Assembly: GCA_036338695.1 (NCBI GenBank)
Contig: JAYZBQ010000013.1
Coordinates: 1-39,142, forward strand
Direction of reading: 5' to 3'
Length of the DNA: 39,142 nt
Source: Myxococcota bacterium
Lineage (GTDB): Bacteria; Myxococcota; UBA4151
Shown piece after piece: positions 35,037 through 39,142 of the stretch (positions within the stretch are counted from its first letter, which is position 1; the number at the start of each line of letters is the position of its first letter). A model generated the notes under the pieces. The model saw only the letters and a program-made list of their open reading frames with translations. It had not been told where the DNA came from and did no database searches. A program made the position numbers and the translations under genes.

Positions 35037-36217
35037 TGGATCTGCGCTTTAGCGACGAGGAGCAGGCGCTTCGGGCTCAGGTACGCGCCTTTTTGCACGA
35101 ACAACTCGGCGGTCGGTTCGCTGCGCTGCGCGGGCGCGGCGGCCCTGGGGACGAAGAGGAGCTGTTCGACGAGCGGCTCGAGTGGGAGCGTTTTCTGGGC
35201 AGCCAAGGCTGGAATTGCCTGAGCTGGCCGGCCCGCTACGGTGGGCGCGAGCTGCCGCTGATGCAGGAGGTTATCTTCTTTGAAGAGTATGCGCGCGCCC
35301 AAGCGCCCGGACGCCTCGGACACATCGGCGAGGGCCTGCTTGGACCCACGCTCATCGCCCTCGGCACCGAGGAGCAGCGCCAGCGGTTCTTGCCGAAGAT
35401 TGCATCGGCCGAAGAGCTCTGGTGTCAAGGTTACTCGGAGCCCGGCGCCGGCAGTGACCTCGCGGGCATTAGGACACGCGCTGAGCGGCACGGTGATGAG
35501 TGGGTGATCCATGGTCAGAAGGTGTGGACCTCTCTGGCGCATCGATCCGACTGGTGCTTTGTCCTCGCTCGCTCGGAGAAGGGCTCTCAGCGCCATCAAG
35601 GGCTCAGCTATCTGCTGGTCCCCCTGGATCAACCCGGCGTCGACATTCGCCCGATCACGCAGCCAACGGGTGAAGGCGATTTTAATGAAGTGTTTTTCGA
35701 CGGCGCACGAACGGAGGCGCGCTGGGTAGTGGGTGCCCCAGGCGACGGCTGGCGCATCGCCATGGCGACGCTTGCGTTTGAGCGCGGGACATCCACGCTG
35801 GCGCAGCAGCTCAATTTTGCCAACGAATGGCAGCAGATTGCCACCGCAGCAAAGACCCTAGGCGCCCTCAAGCACCAGCAGATTCGCCACCGCCTCGTGC
35901 AGAGCCGGATGGAGCTGCTCGCGATGCGCTGGTCGACCCTGCGTATGCTCACCGGCATGCTCGAGGGTCGACTCAGCCCCGAGGCGTACACCCTTAAGCT
36001 GTATTGGGCGAGTTGGCACCGGCGGCTGGGCGAGCTCGCCATGGACGTGCTCGGACCGAGCGGCGCCGTGGTGGGGTCAAACTACGACCTGTCCTCGCTG
36101 CAGCGCCTGTTTCTGTTCTCACGAGCGGATACGATCTATGCTGGCTCTAATCAGATCCAAAGGAACCTCATCGCCGAGCGCGCGTTGGGGCTGCCTAAGG
36201 ATCCCTGGAGAGCGTGA
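35036..36217 (+). CDS. fadE30: Acyl-CoA dehydrogenase FadE30/IpdE1-like (steroid C/D-ring, HIP catabolism)
   Basis: LGGRFAALRGRGGPGDE, EEYARAQAP, GEGLLGPTLIA, ELWCQGYSEPGAGSDLA, LFLFSRADTIYAGSNQIQRN. Confidence 0.82.
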   Translation: MDLRFSDEEQALRAQVRAFLHEQLGGRFAALRGRGGPGDEEELFDERLEWERFLGSQGWNCLSWPARYGGRELPLMQEVIFFEEYARAQAPGRLGHIGEGLLGPTLIALGTEEQRQRFLPKIASAEELWCQGYSEPGAGSDLAGIRTRAERHGDEWVIHGQKVWTSLAHRSDWCFVLARSEKGSQRHQGLSYLLVPLDQPGVDIRPITQPTGEGDFNEVFFDGARTEARWVVGAPGDGWRIAMATLAFERGTSTLAQQLNFANEWQQIATAAKTLGALKHQQIRHRLVQSRMELLAMRWSTLRMLTGMLEGRLSPEAYTLKLYWASWHRRLGELAMDVLGPSGAVVGSNYDLSSLQRLFLFSRADTIYAGSNQIQRNLIAERALGLPKDPWRA

Positions 36218-36990
36218 CGATGGCACCACCCGACTACCCAAAAGGTCGCAGCCTGCTCGAAGGCAAAAAGGTCGTCGTGACCGCGGCGGCGGGTACGGGG
36301 ATCGGCTTTGCGACCGCGAAGCGTTGCCTCGAAGAGGGCGCGTCGGTCCTCATCTCGGACCACCACGCCGTGCGCCTCGAACAGGCGGTCGCTCAACTGG
36401 CCGAGCTCGGTGAGGTGGTCTCGGCGGTCTGTGACGTTACCGACGAGCAACACGTCCAAGCGCTCGTTGCCGCCGCGGAGGCGAGCTTGGGCGCCGTTGA
36501 TGTCTGGGTCAACAACGCCGGTCTCGGCGGTCAAGCGCCGCTGATCGAGATGAGCGATGAAGCCTGGCAGCGCGTGCTCGATGTCTCTTTGACCGGCACC
36601 TTCCGGTGCGTGCGCGCCGCCATGAAGCACATGAAGCCCAACGAGCAAGGGGTCATCATCAACAACGCAAGCGTCCTGGGCTGGCGAGCTCAAAAGCATC
36701 AAGCCCACTACGCGGCGGCGAAAGCTGGCGTCATGGCGCTGACCCGCTGCGCTGCGCTCGAAGCCGCCGAGTTTGGTGTGCGCATCAACGCCGTTGCGCC
36801 GAGCCTGGCGATGCATCCCTTCTTGTCCAAGGTGATGGATCAAGGCGAGCTCGATGCACTCGCAACCCAAGAAGCCTTCGGGCGCCCCGCCGAGGTCTGG
36901 GAGGTCGCCAACGTCATCGTCTTTCTAGCCTCTGATCTGAGCAGCTACATGACCGGCGAGACGGTGTCGGTCTCCAGCCAGCGAGCCTAA
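36214..36990 (+). CDS. ipdF: SDR oxidoreductase IpdF-like (5-oxo-HIC-CoA oxidoreductase)
   Basis: LLEGKKVVVTAAAGTGIG...SDHH..RL, NNAGLGG, NNASVLGWRAQ..QAHYAAAKAGV, ending VSVSSQRA; follows fadE30 as in actinobacteria. Confidence 0.85.
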   Translation: MTMAPPDYPKGRSLLEGKKVVVTAAAGTGIGFATAKRCLEEGASVLISDHHAVRLEQAVAQLAELGEVVSAVCDVTDEQHVQALVAAAEASLGAVDVWVNNAGLGGQAPLIEMSDEAWQRVLDVSLTGTFRCVRAAMKHMKPNEQGVIINNASVLGWRAQKHQAHYAAAKAGVMALTRCAALEAAEFGVRINAVAPSLAMHPFLSKVMDQGELDALATQEAFGRPAEVWEVANVIVFLASDLSSYMTGETVSVSSQRA

Positions 36991-36992
36991 AG

Positions 36993-37421
36993 ATGGTCCA
37001 ACCGGTCGAGGGTTTGGTCGGCGAGACCTTTCGCATGCCGATCGAGGAAGGGAAGGTGCTCGAGTTTATCGAGAGCCTCGGGCTGAGCTCGTGGACCTCG
37101 CCCTATGTACCGCCGACCTTTCTCATCAGCGCCTTCTTTTGGGAGCGGCGCATGGCCGGAGCCGACGTCAAAGAGGCCGTCGCCTTCGACCCCGCCCGCT
37201 CCGTCCACGCCGAGCAGTGCTTTGAATTTTTTGGTGCGCCCCCTCGGATCGGCCAGACCTTGAGCGTGCAAAACCGAGTGGACCGCATCTACACCAAAAC
37301 CAACCGGCGAGGCGCCGAGCTCACCTTCGTGGATATCGTCACGGACTATCGAGACGAGACAGGCGATCGGGTCGCAACCAGCACCCTACGCGCCATTGAG
37401 CTGCCCAAGGACACACCATGA
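36993..37421 (+). CDS. MaoC-like dehydratase N-terminal-type (FAS1-like hotdog) subunit
   Basis: IEEGKVLEF...VPPTF...VHAEQCFEF..P..IGQTL...G.LTFV...YRDETGDRVA. Confidence 0.75.
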   Translation: MVQPVEGLVGETFRMPIEEGKVLEFIESLGLSSWTSPYVPPTFLISAFFWERRMAGADVKEAVAFDPARSVHAEQCFEFFGAPPRIGQTLSVQNRVDRIYTKTNRRGAELTFVDIVTDYRDETGDRVATSTLRAIELPKDTP

Positions 37422-37846
37422 ACCTGTGGGCGTTAGCGGCCGGGGAGGCGATTCCGCACTCGTGGGAGCTCGGCCCCATCACACGCAGTGACTGCGTCCG
37501 TTATCAAGGCGCTAGCGGCGATTTTGAGCCCATCCACCACGATGAGCCCTTCGCGCTAAGCGCCGGATACGACGCGCCGTTGATCATCGGGATGTATCCA
37601 GCCGGCGCAGTGAGCGCATGGATGGCGACCCTATGGGGCGTCGATTCGGTGCGCGAGACCACGATCCGTTGGACGGGTCAGGTCTGGCCGGGCGACAGCT
37701 TACGCGCCCAGGCCATCATCGAGGAGGTCGAACCCGCTGCGCGCTGGGTGGCGATCACGCTGAGCAATCAAGGGGCTCAAGAGGTCCTCAGGCTGCGGAT
37801 GCGCCTCGTGCAGACCTCGGCAGAATCCGATATAAGTCCATCATGA
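37418..37846 (+). CDS. MaoC-family (R)-hydratase/dehydratase, catalytic subunit
   Basis: VRYQGASGDFEPIHHD (D-x4-H hydratase motif), VWPGD. Confidence 0.8.
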   Translation: MNLWALAAGEAIPHSWELGPITRSDCVRYQGASGDFEPIHHDEPFALSAGYDAPLIIGMYPAGAVSAWMATLWGVDSVRETTIRWTGQVWPGDSLRAQAIIEEVEPAARWVAITLSNQGAQEVLRLRMRLVQTSAESDISPS

Positions 37847-39142
37847 TCGCTCGACTCAAGCGGACGTGGTGGCTCGCCCTGTGCATCGTGTGGACGGCCT
37901 GTCCACCGTCCGCCGAGTTCTACGACGTGACGCGCTGTGAGTCCGACGCGTCCTGCGGCGAGGGGGCGTCGTGTCGCGAGGGGCTATGCGTCGCCATGAA
38001 GTGCGGCGATGGGATCCTGCAGCCGGGAGAAGCGTGCGACGACGGCAACGTCGCTGATGGCGACGGATGCACCTCGATCTGCACCGAGCCCCGCTGCGGT
38101 GATGGGCTGATCGCCGAGGGCGAGTTTTGCGACGACGGCAACACCATCGACGCCGACGACTGCACCACCGAGTGCAACGCGCCCCGCTGCGGTGACGGCT
38201 TAGTCTCGGCGGGTGAGACCTGCGACGACGGCAACTACGACGAAGACGACGACTGCACCACCCTATGCGCGCCGCCGCGCTGCGGCGATGAGATCGTCTC
38301 GGGTGAGGAAGACTGCGACGACGGCAACGACAACGAGGACGACCTGTGCACGACCGCCTGCGGGCCGCCGCGCTGCGGCGACGGGATCGTCTCAAACGAT
38401 GAGCTCTGCGACGACGGCAACGATGACGAAGACGACGGCTGCAGCAGCCTGTGCCGCCCCGGCATCTGCGGTGACGGCATCCTCCAAGAGGGTGAGAGCT
38501 GTGACGACGGTAACCTCGAAGACGACGACAGCTGCACCAGCCTGTGCGCGCCGCCGAGCTGCGGCGACGGTCTGGTCACCGGGTCAGAAGGCTGCGATGA
38601 TGGCAACGATCAAGCCGATGACGCCTGCACCAACGCCTGCCAGGCTGCTCGCTGCGGCGACGGCGTCGTGCGCTCCGACCTCGACGAGGGGGCGCCCGGT
38701 TTTGAGCTATGCGATGACAACAACACCAACGCCAACGACGGCTGCACCGACGCTTGCGTCCCGGCGGTCTGCGGCGACGGTATCACCCGCACGGACCTAG
38801 CCGCCGGAGCCGAGGGCGCCGAAGCCTGCGACGACGGCAACCAAGAACAAGGCGACGCCTGCTTGAACAACTGCGCCATGGCGCGCTGCGGCGACGGGGT
38901 GATCCACCAAGGCGTTGAGGCTTGCGATGACGGCAACGAGAACAACCTGGATCAGTGCACGAACCGCTGCGAGCTGGCGGGCTGCGGTGATGGCTTCATC
39001 CAAGCGGGTGAGGTCTGCGACGACGGCAACCGCAGCGACAACGACCTGTGCACCAACGCCTGCCAAGTCGCCCGCTGCGGCGACGGGATCCTCCACACCG
39101 GCGTCGAACAGTGCGATGACGGCAACCAGAACAACAACGACA
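37843..39142 (+). CDS. Lipoprotein with tandem Myxococcus cysteine-rich (DUF4215-type) repeats; runs off the right edge (partial)
   Basis: Not in ORF track. ATG 37843 (ATGA overlap): [69 protein letters not shown]...; open to the window end. Confidence 0.9.
   Translation, partial: MIARLKRTWWLALCIVWTACPPSAEFYDVTRCESDASCGEGASCREGLCVAMKCGDGILQPGEACDDGNVADGDGCTSICTEPRCGDGLIAEGEFCDDGNTIDADDCTTECNAPRCGDGLVSAGETCDDGNYDEDDDCTTLCAPPRCGDEIVSGEEDCDDGNDNEDDLCTTACGPPRCGDGIVSNDELCDDGNDDEDDGCSSLCRPGICGDGILQEGESCDDGNLEDDDSCTSLCAPPSCGDGLVTGSEGCDDGNDQADDACTNACQAARCGDGVVRSDLDEGAPGFELCDDNNTNANDGCTDACVPAVCGDGITRTDLAAGAEGAEACDDGNQEQGDACLNNCAMARCGDGVIHQGVEACDDGNENNLDQCTNRCELAGCGDGFIQAGEVCDDGNRSDNDLCTNACQVARCGDGILHTGVEQCDDGNQNNND
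38002..39142 (+). repeat. At least 12 tandem CGDG-x(6-15)-CDDGN-x6-C-x3-C coding repeats, mostly 93-96 bp
   Basis: Counted by manual translation: 11 complete units plus a twelfth cut by the edge; units 8 and 9 carry a longer RxDL-containing insert. Confidence 0.88.

Noticed and set aside
38002..39142. Regularly spaced TGCGACGACGGCAAC-like repeats resembling a CRISPR array
   Set aside because: They are in-frame codons for CDDGN with synonymous variation; the 'spacers' are themselves homologous coding sequence and there are no cas genes.
1..39142. Mobile element, prophage, tRNA or rRNA signatures
   Set aside because: No integrase, transposase, phage gene, terminal repeats or structured RNA gene recognised; intergenic gaps are short.

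Overview
A GC-rich bacterial window, probably from a Myxococcota (myxobacterial-type) genome. The host call is an inference from the 'Myxococcus cysteine-rich' (DUF4215-type) repeat lipoproteins at both ends and a TSP3-repeat lipoprotein. Almost the whole window is a steroid/sterol catabolic gene cluster. It contains 9,10-seco A/B-ring genes (kstD, hsaA, hsaC, hsaD, hsaE/G/F) and an actinobacterial-style side-chain operon (SCP2, ALDH, Rv3521-like double DUF35, ltp4, ltp3, fadD19, thioesterase, FadE26/29-like + FadE27/28-like ACAD pair, FdxD-like ferredoxin). It also has C/D-ring genes (fadE30/ipdE1 plus partner ACAD, ipdF, a MaoC pair) and a KstR-like TetR repressor. Three intergenic palindromes match the actinobacterial KstR operator TnnAACnnGTTnnA (2983-2996, 23072-23085, 24537-24550). 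Interleaved passengers are an 840-aa amidohydrolase/TSP3/OB-fold lipoprotein splitting hsaE from hsaG, an orphan type III Mod-like methyltransferase with DPPK instead of DPPY, and a parvulin + HupE/UreJ + DUF3604 module. I saw no rRNA, tRNA, CRISPR array or mobile element. Family assignments rest on motifs and recalled similarity, not on database searches.
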